DNA of 64,000 nt from Yuukianura sp. NJ FZ-2021 (lineage: Eukaryota), in NCBI GenBank assembly GCA_046563655.1, contig CM102284.1, forward strand, positions 6,014,001 to 6,078,000. The letters are read 5' to 3'. A program made the position numbers and the translations under genes. The notes below the pieces were generated by a model. It was given only the letters and a program-made list of their open reading frames with translations. It was not told the DNA's origin and searched no databases. Every line of letters starts with the position of its first letter. Positions within the stretch are counted from its first letter, which is position 1. This document shows, one piece after another, positions 1 to 13,032 of this stretch.

Positions 1-3000
1 TGTTTATGTACAAACAAAGGAGTGGGACGTTTCAGAAGCCAACACAAGTAAAATCTCTTCCTATTTTTCTACATTTGTCCTAATCTTGCCTACTTCCTGT
101 AATTTCCATCATCCAGTTTTGTCTAGAATTACACTTTAACAAAGGAGTAATAAAAATTTAAAGTAAAAACTTCAGCACAAGACAAAAAACAAAACAAAAT
201 TTTATGTCACACGAATCGCTCAAATTGTTTTTTCTAAATTCCTATTCTTAGCAACTGAATTTGAACAACCGAAAGCTAAAAACATGCCACCCGCCTCAAC
301 TTTTTAATTGCAAAATTTAAAAACTCCTCCTAAGCTATTCTTGTCTCTTTTAAAATTGCCGAATTGTGAAAATTTAATTACATGCTCTAAAATTTAACAC
401 TTAAAGTGCAAAGTTAGCACAAAACAATTAAATTGATCACGTTCATAAACAGTTTCAAAGTCATGGAGGAGCAAGTACAAAGGTCAACGGTTGTTAATAT
501 ACAAAACCCAGCATGTCAATTGTCAAACCTTGCTCATCACAATTCACAAGAGGCTTAAAAGACAACAATCCCTGACGACGTGGAATTGATAACCAAAAAG
601 AGTGCAAAATCAACAGATTATAGACAGATGACAGATGAAGTGTTCTAAATGTTCAAAAAATCACAAAATATCACCTCCACCAAATCATTTTTCGGAAAAT
701 CCATTTCAATTTCAAATCTACCAAAATCGCAATTATACGCAAAAATTTTCGGAAATAGTCAACAAGTTCATTGATAACTTGTGACACCTAATTTCCAAGT
801 TTTAGCAAAGATCTCTCCCATCTGCCATTTTTTACTAAAAATATTGGCAGTATGATCATGAGTCATGCTACCACTAACTACATAAATTGAATTATATTAG
901 ACTGCTAATAGGGTGACGGATGCCGGAATCGGGTAAGCGACGAGCTTTTACTTTACACGAACAAAATAACCGCAAAATTACGAAGCGGGATGACTAATCT
1001 TAAATAAATTTTGCAAAGTGACAGATCCAGATCCAGTATGTGTCTCATCTCATAAATAAAAATGAACACAAAGTTGTCATTACGAATTTCAAATAACATT
1101 TTTTTTTTCAAAATCCAAAACTCCTTCACAAAAAGATGCTATCGTGTACATGTCATGTCAAATCTTATTACGCAACAAAGACCAAGACCAGCACGAGGTT
1201 TTCCAAATGCATGGAGAAACGCAGTGAAGCGATACGATATTACTACCCACATCCTTCCTATGGCAAACCAGAATCTAAATATTACAATGTCAGTAGATTT
1301 GCAAGTGGTGACCTTGATACTTAGGCAGTTTACTTTTAAGTTACATCACTAAACTAACCATCATCCGAGCCTCATAGCGTCCACTTTTACAAATCCAAAG
1401 CTATAAGCGTTCCAGTTCTCCAGTGCGACCTTCACTTGGCCATCTAACGCTAAAAAGTGCTACGCAGCGGAGTTAAAAACTAGCTAGCAACAACTTTTAG
1501 TTTATTTACAAACTTTACAAAAATTATTTGCCAATATTGCAAGTACCATTGAAGTTGATTGACGTCCGACTCAACTTCAGCTAAACTGGACCACATTGCT
1601 ACATGGAGTGACAATATTGCATCATTTACTTCATCATCAGTTCATCACATCATCATCATCCAAGTCTAAAATGAACAATTTTGCACAACTTCACTGTGAC
1701 CATCAACAACCTACTGCGTAGTCACACTCACTCTCATAACTTTCCAAATTCCAAAAAATCCATTCCAACCCTAATACAGTTCAACTTAAAACCACTTTTG
1801 ATGGAAAAATGCCAAGAATAGGAAAACATTAGCCATAAGGCTATCCACATCCACACGAGTTCCATTAATTTCCTGTGTCAATGCCATCTAAATCCGTAAT
1901 TTACAAAACCAAAACACTACGCCGTACTTCTCAAACAAAAATCGTAGTAAAGTACGTTAACAACAAAAGACAGTGAAGAGACGAGAGAAGTTACAAAAAA
2001 AAATCCGAAACGAGGGGAGAGCGTTAACAGCAATAAGAAAAATGTCTACAAGAAAGTCAGCACGTGCGAAACTGCGCAAAATATTTTTGCAAAGCCAGAG
2101 TCCCATTTTCTCCTCTAAAAACCGCACGAGGGTTGCCAACCCAAGACTAAAATCTCAACGCTAAAAACAAGTTTACATCGTGAGTATTACAAGCATTTTT
2201 GCTAGATTCGTATTTTTAAGTCAACTTAGACACAAAACAAAAGCGAATGCTAAATTGCAACAACAGCACCTACTCCGCATTTGCAAATTGGAATTTCATA
2301 GTTGACAATGCTGGCTAAGCGTTTTTAAGACCAAAACTTTGAGGTTTAAGATAAAACCTGAAAAACGAGGAATCAGCAGTTAAGTTTAGTAGTTTGACAC
2401 GATAATCAAGATTTAAGCTGACCAATAAGAGATGAACATGGTCATATGACACATCCAGAAATCTCTTTACCTTCAACTAAAACTGCGTCACAAATCCTAG
2501 CTGAAGTCGAAATTCTAAAATCCCAATTTTGTTTCCGTAATCCATTAAATTTTGATGTTTTTTGAGAAAAAATTCATCAAAAGCATAAATAAATTAATTA
2601 TTCGCCTCAGATCTTGAGATTTTTTCCATTTAGTTACGCATGTGTGACGGAAATGAGTTAATTGCCACGTCCAAACCCTAAACAAACAGAGATTCATATC
2701 TAGCATATAACTACTCACTGCAAAAATAAGTACAATTGAACAAGTGACTCCATGGATTGTATGTTTTTCCAAAAAGTGAGGAAAACTCATAATTATTGCG
2801 CCTTACACCAGCTTCCTTCATTAACCTAAGAGCTAATCTGTGAGTGTGATAATGACCTTGAAAAGCACACAATAACACAGGTAATTGTGATTATCATTAA
2901 CGTAAGCCTGTTCCTGTAATACTGTGCAAACTTTTACTTGCTAAATCTATCCTCTCCGCCTACTTGAACAACTATTGTCTATGTAAGTAGAAACCTGGAT

Positions 3001-4967
3001 CCATGCTCTGAATGGATAATTAACTAACCTTAACCATACTTTACTTTAGCACTTAACAGAAACTGGTTATGTTATACGCAAATACCGGCTACACAATTCA
3101 TTGGTCCAGAATAACTTGAGCCTAGGCAGCGGTCACCTTCACCAACATGTTTACCAGTAAAATTGGAAATATAGAAAAAGATGTTTGTTTTCATTCAAAA
3201 AATGCTACAAAGTTCCTAGAACATCTCATCTTGAACATCTTCAAATCCAAGAAGCTGGACCTAAAGATGTTATTTGTTGTGGTTCTTCTCTAAAAGCAAG
3301 TTTAACGTTGCATAAGGCCTCATTTTTAAACCAAAACTAGTCTACGGCCTTCCTAATTCCTCCAGAATGGGAATTGCCTAAGGTAATTCTCACTGGAACA
3401 TAGCAACTGTGACCTCATAACAAAAAGTAGGGAAAGTAGATGTTCCTCGTGCATTTTTTATGACAATCTAATCCCTGGTAACACAGTCTCAAGTTGACTT
3501 TGAGCAATGTGCTATGCATCTTTCTCTATACATGTTATATACTTATTTGGAGATCAAAATTACAGATGTTTCTAAAACTTTTTCTGTCTATGACTCAAAA
3601 AAAAGTCGTAGAGTTTGGAGTATCTTTCTGTTGAATCCGGTCTCAAGTATAGTAAGCGTTCAGCACCTCTCATGCATAATGCCATGTCAAACAAAAATAA
3701 TTTTCAAAATCTTTGACTTCTATCTGACTTTGGTTAATTGTTATTACAGCAGTGTGAAAAACGTGCACAGGGTAGCAACGTAATCAAAATTCTAAACATA
3801 GAAATGGTGAATGCTGATGCTGGTGTGTATGAAAACGGAACGTGAAGGAGCCTAATAAAATGGAATATGACACTCTACGTCAAAACAATCCTTGGGGAGG
3901 TCAAGTGTCATCCTTAGTAATAAAAATGGTTGAACGAAAAACATGGCAGTTATGCTATTGATTAGCTGAGTAGACAAAAAACGAATACTGGTTTTGAAAT
4001 AAACATAAAAACTAAAATGATGAACTCGAGATTACTATCGTCATCTTCCTAACTAACCTTAGATCATCTCTCAAACGTTAAATCCTAATTCGAATTCAAC
4101 CTAACTTAAACTGTCGTTCGTGTGGTAGTTTTCCACACCGGATTAGTTTCGGTATCCTGTCCAACGGTAACGTTAACGTTGCCTTCCTGTGATGATCAAC
4201 GTAATCCTTGATGTGATTAAGATTTAGACTATAAATCACACAAAACACCCGATGAGACGAGATTTGATTTCAGAATTAACGTTTTTGAACGTCCATGGAC
4301 ATGAACTAGCTGTCATCGGTACAGGAGAGGTTAAACTATTACTACAATTTTTGCATATCAGATTCAATTGCTAAAAAACACAGAAACTAACCTGTCGGAT
4401 ATCATAGTTGTCTATCAGTTTCATCCCTAAAATGAAATGTATCATCAATTTGATCTTACTATGCCAAATTCCTGACTCAAAAGTTGGGAACTGAATCGTT
4501 GTTTCTGCTAAAATGCAAGAACGATTACAGTTTAGTGCCTACCGGTCAACAACTCGTGTTGTGGAGATGCCTTTGAGTACTATGCAATTCCCATTTCCTG
4601 TAACCCCATTCGTTCCTCTTCTAAACAAAGGAAAATAGTGTCGAAAGTTCTTCTCGGATGGACACTTTTATTAGTCCCAGTCCCAAATCCTGGCCTAACA
4701 ACAGAATAACAAAAAAATGAGACATCCCGTATGTACAACATTACACAAGACAACAACAAACAACAAAGAGAGATACGCGTAACGTCCAAGATGGCACTTG
4801 AATGTACCGTGTGGTCGGTTCATCTTCCTTGGACCAATTACAATGCAGCCAACAACAGTACCTAACTTTTATAACTGAACTGACCTAATAATGGACATGA
4901 AGTCGCAAACAAAACATGAAACATATGAGAGTATGAGACTAATAACAAAGAAACGATGATTACTTAC

Positions 4968-5109
4968 CCCCAGGCGTAGTTGAGTAGAACGTTCCACCGG
5001 GAGTTGTTGAGTAGTCGTTGGGTAAGTCGTTTGTACTGGAGATGACCATGCGCCGTGATGGAATGACCTGACTTTGCGTGACCTGCCGAGCTACGGGACT
5101 TGCTGACAT
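4968..5109 (-). CDS. EIF4EBP: eIF4E-binding protein (4E-BP/Thor), first coding exon; remainder not found, probably left of the window
   Basis: MSASPVARQVTQSQVIPSRRMVISSTNDLPNDYSTTPGGTFYSTTPG followed by a GTAAGT donor; YSTTPGGTxYSTTPGG is the diagnostic 4E-BP Thr37/Thr46 motif. No exon encoding TRIxYxxxxL was recognised in 1-4960. Confidence 0.93.
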
Positions 5110-5566
5110 GTTGATGCTGACGGTCCTGTCTCTCTTAATCGGTTGAACTTGACGATTGACGACTAGTGCGTAGATTGATGATGAAAATGGAAGATGTAGA
5201 TGTACAAAAATATAAGTTGTTTTTGTTTGAGAAAGATCGAGAGAGGACTCGAAATGATAGCCAACGACACCGAGCTCATCTAACTGCAAAGTGCGAACAA
5301 AGCTCATGGATTCGCTCACTTTACAACAGAAAGGCTGAGGGTTATCCTACTGTACGTATGTGCTAGTATTCACGACCCCCCGATCTATTCCAACCCAAAA
5401 AAAAAATATACGCCATCCTCCTCATCACCACAAACAGCCCAGCAACAAAGGCAAGAGGGCAAGGGGACGCAAACAGTCTTTGCCGTGTATACGAATTACC
5501 ACTCCCAGACGAGTGGAATTATTTGTTTCCTTTCGTCTTTTTTTTTTGCAGATTTTATATAAGAAG

Positions 5567-5702
5567 CCCCTCTAATATACAAACTAAAAACCTCATCTAT
5601 TTCTCCACTTCCTCTCACGGGGGCCTCACACAAAACTGAAAGGAGGCCCCACTGGAGGGAGTGGAGAAAATGATGAGGTTTTTAGTTTGTATCTTAGAGG
5701 GG
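5567..5702. repeat. Long imperfect inverted repeat (about 60-bp arms, 15-nt loop)
   Basis: 5567-5627 CCCCTCTAATATACAAACTAAAAACCTCATCTATTTCTCCACTTCCTCTCACGGGGGCCTC matches the reverse complement of 5643-5702 (CCCCTCTAAGATACAAACTAAAAACCTCATCATTTTCTCCACTCCCTCCAGTGGGGCCTC). Confidence 0.92.
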
Positions 5703-7802
5703 TTTACAGGGTTTGGCATAAGAGGATTCTAACGATCACAAGAGATCTTGACAAATCGCAACATAATACGATGTATTAACGAATTATAATACTTAATCTC
5801 AGATAACTCAAAACTTCGTGTTGAATGATGAGGCTCAGGAGTGAAAATTTTTTTTCCTTCCTCACGCTCAATGTTTCACTTTCAATAATTAATTGGCAAA
5901 ATGGCGAATTTACCTTATCTTTATGTTAATAATTATCATCACAGTTACCTGCCTAAGGCAGGTTGAGAAAATTATAAGGAACAGTTGATAATCAAAGTAT
6001 TAGATTTCGTACCGTTATTTCACTGGAGGCAAGGTTCGCAATATTTAGGTGCTGTTTCCTCTTTGTAAAGTGATGCTGACGCGCTGAAGTAGTAAAGAAG
6101 TTGATAATTAATAAATTATTACCAATTACTTTATTATTAACTAATAATTAGTTATTATTGAATTCCGCAAAAAAAAAGACCGATGAGGTTGAGGTTATGG
6201 TTTTTACCTGAAAAAATAGCATAAAAATATGAATCAAAAGTAAAATACATAAAAAGTGAAGATCTCGCAGGTAGTATTGATTTTTTTAAACTATTTATAA
6301 TAGTTCCAATTTAGTTGGCTTAAGGAATTCAACACGTAAACGTAGAATCTAAAATTCGGAGAGTACAAATAAGATGCACATAGTCAAAGACTGTAAAACT
6401 CCATCTGGACGGCGCTTTGCCAAAAAAAAATCTCCTGTTCAAACAAATTGCGTTGTATGAAGCACGTACCATCTTGAAGAAACGCCCCATCAACTACGTC
6501 TCATGCAAACAATGCCCACCATTTAACCGGTGACCCGGCGTCATTAGTTAACTCCTACGAAGGTCAAATGACATTTCACCTTTGACCTTTCAAGTTTAAC
6601 TAAAGAATGCAATTGCAAGTGCCAAAACTAATTTTTACGATTTTTTTGTCTTTGCTAATAATAGTTTTAGGAAATTAACCAATGGGAAACAGTGTTAATT
6701 GATCTCACACTTAAGATGTCTTAAGTTAGTAACAAACGTAGTAAGTGGTTGGCCACTTAAGACTTTTAAAAAATACACAGCATCTTCGCCTCAGTTTTAC
6801 AACTTAAAACCTCAGCTGATGTTTACTGGAAAGGAAACAAGAAACCAAAAACCTCGTCCTCCTTCTACGAAATGCGTAGTTTTTCAATCAATGTTTGTTT
6901 GTACATATTTAAAAAATTGACACAGGACTGGGGCTATGGTTTACTGTGTGGCTCAGTCCATAAATTATCGTGTCCTCGTAACTGCGTAATGCGATGAAGA
7001 TTTACCAAATAATCCTCTTGTCTTCTTCCCAAAAATCAGTAGCTACCGACATTAACCACTGAACTAAAACCTAAACCACGATTTCAAGTGGTTTCATTTA
7101 CATTTTATTGAGCAGAGAACTTGAAATTAACTGCGAATAAAGATTAACAAATTCTTAAAGTCCATTTTTAGAAATCATTGATGTTGAATCCTATACTAAA
7201 AAACCAGGTCGTTTCACTCTAAATTCTAAACTTTGTAGTTGATTGTATTGTAAATTACGATTACAATTCATAACCTGATTCACCATGCATGAACCATGGC
7301 CATCAATAACCATGGCTTGACATAATAACATCAGTTATCTCCAGGTTAAATGGGGTCAATCACAAAAACTAGTATCCAGAGAGACCTTAACGTTGCTACG
7401 ACTAAAGTTATCAATAAACTTGCATATTTTTGTGCCTGTAAAGTCCATGGACACAGACATGTTAGACTAGAAAGGTCATTGAAGATGCCAAGTGAAGAGA
7501 CAAGTCTTCGTTAATACTTAAAAATACTGGAAGCACTCAATTGATCTCCAGCACTATCCAGTAAGCACAGGATCATAAGATCCTAAATGTCAAATGTAAC
7601 GTTAAGCCATAAGCCTGAAGGAAACGTTTTTAGCACAGCAGACTTAAAAGTTTCAGTTACTTGTCATAATTTTGTTCAAAATTTGGCCATAATGAAAAAG
7701 CGATTAAAGTAAATCAAACTTACAGGGACGATTCACAAGGGGCAACATGCAATTTAAAATTTTGAAAGGCTTGTGAATGCATTCAAGTCCAATATTTCCT
7801 TC

Positions 7803-10800
7803 TCATCCAGCAACAGTTCGCAAAATAGCGTCAATACTTTCAATAATTTCGTCACATCGAGCACTTGTTCCCTTCGACTCGTTCGGTGGGGGTCCAACCA
7901 TTTTTACCAAAGCTGGAACCTGAAATACACAAAACAAAAAACAAAATTTCAGACTTCATTTTTAACTCCAAAAATTTAAAAAAAAAACGTTTAGTTTCTA
8001 CAACTTCAGGAACAGCACAGATGCGTCAGGAGGGACTAAGAATCACTTTCTTAGAAATTGACGTTTTCTTTTGAAAAAATGTATTTTTAGAACAGAAAAA
8101 TGAACCTGATTGTTCAAACAAGAAAAAACTTGAAAGTTAGACACAGAATACCCGTGTAATCCCTAGAGCTCATTGTACTCAAATCCTGTCTAGAAAATAA
8201 TTAGGTACTTCACGGACCATCTCCATTTCTAAGATTTTTGGTTTAAAAAAAAACGTACGTCGAACGTTGACTGACTCATAAATAAGTTAGAAAAAGTTGA
8301 CAGGTTTCTGAACCCTGGTCCCATTGGCAACTTTTCAAGGCTTGACACTTAGCAGAAGGTCAATACCAAAACGTAGGTTCGGAAAAATTGAGAAAGGCGT
8401 AAATCGACAAGTTCACTTGAAAGAAACGACCTTAAAACGAGGACGAAATCGTCCTCGTGTCGTTTCAAATTCTAAGAAAACAGCGGGGGCGAAACAAAAG
8501 CATGACCTTGGACGTTCCACATCAAAATATAGCTTAGGTTTTCTAAACGTGATTAACGACACTCACCTCACTCCGAGCTAATTGGCAGCAACGTAGAAGA
8601 GATTTGAGTCCACGCCACATCAAAGGTTCTGGTGGTTTTTCAGACAAAAATTGTAGAAGGGCTAATGACATCTCGACAGCAACATCATCAAAAACCTGAA
8701 AAGTCATGAAAAAGCCAGTTTTAGCAACCAATGACACAATTGAAAACATTATTTTCAGCGAAATCATGATATTAATGCGAGAAGCGTAGCTTTGTGTCAG
8801 CAATTATTACAATCCATAGCCAATACCAACAAAAAGCGTATTCAATCATAACAGATTTGATTTAGAACAGGATGGAAGAATTGAAATTTTAAATCAAAAT
8901 TATTTCCCATACAAACGAGAAAATTCCCAATTTTAGAAAGTAGTTCGCGTGACTAAATCTTCCCCATCCGCTTCTATTAGAAAAAAAAGTGAGTGTTCCG
9001 AATTAGATCTTTTGTTAAAATTCCAACCAAAAGTTCCCATTCAATTTAAAATGCGCCTTGGCTTTATGCGGATTGGAATGATGATGTAAGTTTTTTGCCC
9101 TTACTGCTGTCTTCACCTGTCAAAAATCACACGAAAATTAGGCCATGTATTTTGAAAGTTAATTTGATTTAAATCTGGCTGACGAACCAACCTCTTTCAT
9201 TAGGAAGTTGTAGACCAAGGCGGAGCCAATATCTTTGAATTCCTTGGAAAGAAGTGCATGAACTCCAACCTTGGTGGTGACCCGAATGTTGGATGTCGGA
9301 GTCCGAGATGTTTCACTTTCCCATTCCGAAATGTACCTTCATAAGAAAAAATTCGAACTTATAAGATCATAAAATGAACATACTTAAGCGGCTGAACTTT
9401 TGAACCTTTTGAAAACGAACAAGTGACTTACAAGAGCCATTCGGAAGTTGACAAGTTCTCAAACAGATTGCAGATTAGTAGAGAAATGGCTTCTTGGCAC
9501 GCCGGTGACAGTTGATCAATGTGGGAGGCATAGCGCATGATTACGTGGTCTCGCCGGTCTTGATGCAACAACAGAATCACATCGTCCTTTGTCACCTAAA
9601 ATTCAAGAAAAAACAGCGATGTAGACAGTTCAGAGCTCTAGGAAATCTACAATTCGCTTTGGAAAATACTGGCTTACCGCTAACCACGCGAGGACTTTGA
9701 GGCAATTCACACGACTGTCATCTCCGATTCCGGAGTCACCGTTCAGTAAAATCCGAGCTGCATAGCAGATTGAACAAAATGAATCAGCAGCGATTAGTAA
9801 CGGTATTCAGCGATTGAAATCATAAAGTTACTCACAAATTAAATTGAGGAATTCATCTGACAGAATCCAAGACCCTGAAGACAAAAAAAATTGTAAAAAT
9901 TGCATAAACTCGGATGCTTACAGGTAAGAATTAACCTTCCGTTCCGAGTGCGTATTCCCTCAACTCTCCCATGCATCTCATCTCGTCATCATTTAGCTCC
10001 ACGTTTGCTAGGGACTTTTCCAGTTCATCCAGTAGTTCTTCAACTGAATTGCCAAAATCCCTAAAACAATATTAACATTGCGTTAGCACAGTAAAAACTT
10101 CGCCGCAACTACTAAGCAGCGCAATGTCCAAGTAATAAGCAGCGTAGTAATAAGAATGAGTTTTTACCTAAAAACAATTGGGGGTTCGCGATTCTTCATT
10201 TTCTCTTCCCGCTCTCGCCGCTCTTCCTCTTCAACTTCTGCCATGATATCCCGTCGTGGTCGTCCAGCACTCGGAGCTGGTGAAGAGCCTCGTGAATCTT
10301 CGTCTGACATAATAGTGAAAAAGTCTTGGCCACCACGTTTTCTGTGTGAATTATCCGGCGTACCCCGTCCAACTCGTGGATCGACTAATGGCGACTGAGA
10401 ATATTGAAGCAGACTTTGTCCAAGCGGGCTATCAAACCAAATCAATCAAGGACAATTAAGTTTTTCATCACGAAATCATGCACTGATCTATGTAGATTTT
10501 GAAATAGAAAAATCAACTTACGTGTTGAGAACTGTATTTGGTAGCTCGAGAATGAACGAAGGTATGCCAGCACCACAGAGGAAGTTTGCAAGTTCGTTGC
10601 TGAAGGTATTGCAGTTGTGAGTGAACAGGTTATACAGGGAGCCTTGGAAAGTTGATTGACCAAGTTCTGACAGATGATGCTCGAAAATCGGTTTTGGGAT
10701 GTGCGTTTCTCCCAAACTAATAATCCGATTCGGCTGACCAAGTTTTGTACCGCCCTGCAAGAAAAAAATGACAATTAAGTCGTTTTTATCACCCCCATGT

Positions 10801-11734
10801 GCGTTATTTTGTGTAAGTCAAATCGCCAAATGTTTAGCTTAATTACCAACACCGGTTTTGGAGACTACTCCAACTTTGTGTACTTTTGATTACTCAGTTA
10901 AATTCCTTAAGATGGTTGCGGGACTTTCTATTTTAGTTCAAAATCTCTGAGACTGGGTGCGAACTGAAGCTATTTTTAGATACTTTGGAATTCTGGGATC
11001 TTCTAGCCGCTGCAACCCCTATGTTCAACTAGCGCCTGACTTCTCTCCCGGATTCCTCCAACCCATGTCAGTAACCCTCCAGTTTGAATCATGATGCAGT
11101 AGTTCACTTAGAAAAAAAGACTTGCAACGCTACGACGATACTTCTTGCTTGTTTTTACAAGTCCCGGATACCACCCACAACACAGATACTTATCATTAGT
11201 GCCAAGAAAAGTACACACTACTGACTCACCGGCGTAACGTCCACGATACCACTGGCTCCGAAAAAATATTCTCTCCCGAACACAACAATACCTAAAAAAA
11301 TTACAGCTTCAGTTACTCCTTTGCATTACAATTTTTTGTCTGGGTTTGTAGAAATAGCTTACCAGTGTGCCACACACCATCAATCTGCTGACCTGACCCG
11401 CAAAGAACAAGAATTCAACTTAAAATTACACAGTTCTTATGAACATTGTACTAAACCACAACATAATTCATTCTTGAATTGACTTACCCAAGAGAAGCAT
11501 TGACATGTTCCGAGCCATGCCTAGGGATAAGTCGTACAAGTAGAGGTCCACTGGAGACGCTTCTTCTTCAGCTTCTGCCTGTTGGGTCGATGTTCCAGCT
11601 ACAGCATTATCGTTCTGCTGCTGCTGTTGCTGATGGTCTGGAGGTGGAGTAGTAGATACGACATTTTTCTTTCGCTGCGGCTTCTCCTGTGGTCGTGTTG
11701 GACTTTTATTTCCAATTCTTGCTTTGTCTTTCAT
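7803..11734 (-). CDS. DESI1: PPPDE/DeSI family peptidase (desumoylating isopeptidase 1-like) with long helical C-terminal extension, multi-exon
   Basis: Exons give VDLYLYDLSLGMARNMSMLLLG / QQIDGVWHTG / IVVFGREYFFGASGI / YNLFTHNCNTFSNELANFLCGAGIPSFILELP (catalytic His and NCN Cys). Frame-compatible exons continue (YISEWESE..., VKTA, VFDDVAVEMSLALLQFL...) to VPALVKMVGPPP...ILRTVAG* with stop at 7803. Confidence 0.88.
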
Positions 11735-13032
11735 TGTGTCGTTCCTCCGTCCAGTGAGTAGCAATCAGCTTCAGCACGTATCCTTCCCGATCTTCCTTAT
11801 CCGATCAGCCTTCAGTTCATTCCCTGCAAAATTACCAAAACAATTAACAATCCCGTCGTCACAATCAACGCAAAAAGTGAAACGTCATCCCTACCTGATA
11901 TTGAAACTTCAAACGTTCCTCACTGACACGAAGTTCACCTCCAACTAAACCTAACAAGTGCTCGATAACTGCTACTGGCTGCTCGTGCACGATGACAGAG
12001 CAGTTCCTTCTCCAAATTTCGTCCATGATGAAATCAATGACACGAAGATGACATGTCAAAAATTCACACAAAAAAAAATGACAAAAAAAAAGTATTTGAA
12101 TTCTTCCCGCGGAAATTTTTGCCGCCGCCATCGAATTTGAGACGGCAGCAAAACACATGGCAAATTTTATGCACAATAATAATTTAATTTTATAAAATCA
12201 ACCAAGCAAAAGCTAAATTAATTTTGGAAAGGTATAAATTAATTACCACTGAAAGTGTCAGTTACACATCTCACTGGTTACTAAACTTAGACAACATGTG
12301 ACCTACTCTAACAATAATTTATGGCCGTAACTGCTAAACTACGTACGTACACTTGAGTAATTGTAAAAAATGCGAAGTTGCGAACCCGAAGCATTCCAAA
12401 ATTCTAAAACCTAAAAGCGATCGAATACAGCCTAAGCGATTATGAACATTTTGCTCAACTAAAACATAAATTACAAGACAATTGACGTGTAATTACCCTA
12501 AAAACTAAAAATTAGCGCACGCATAGTGATAAAAATGGTAACATAAATAAAATAAAATACTCTCAATTACTATCAATTAACTAAATAACTCAGTTTGAGA
12601 TGACTTGTTTGATTGTTTCAGTTAATAATTAGTATTAAATAAATCAGGAACCCTATTCATACTGGGAACCTGGATAAAATTCATGGAGAATCCATTATGT
12701 AAAAGTTCTCTTTTCAACAAATTATGATTATGAACTGTTTCTTTTTTTACAAAAGTGAGCAAGATGAACGTTTTTAAGTAGGATTTTTTCAGTGAACAGA
12801 GTTCAAAATTGTGAAGCATTTCTATTTCTACTCAATGAGTGTTCCTCATACAAAAATACGAAACTCGACACACCCCTCTTGGTTCCTACTTCCAGCATCA
12901 TTTACAACATGCTAATTAAATACGGCAACTAAATTGCAATTGCAAACCATCGTTACCCAACTAATCATGAGGCAACCTAACTCTACTTCCCTACAATTTT
13001 TAAAATCGAACTCTGTCGCAAAATGTTCGCAT

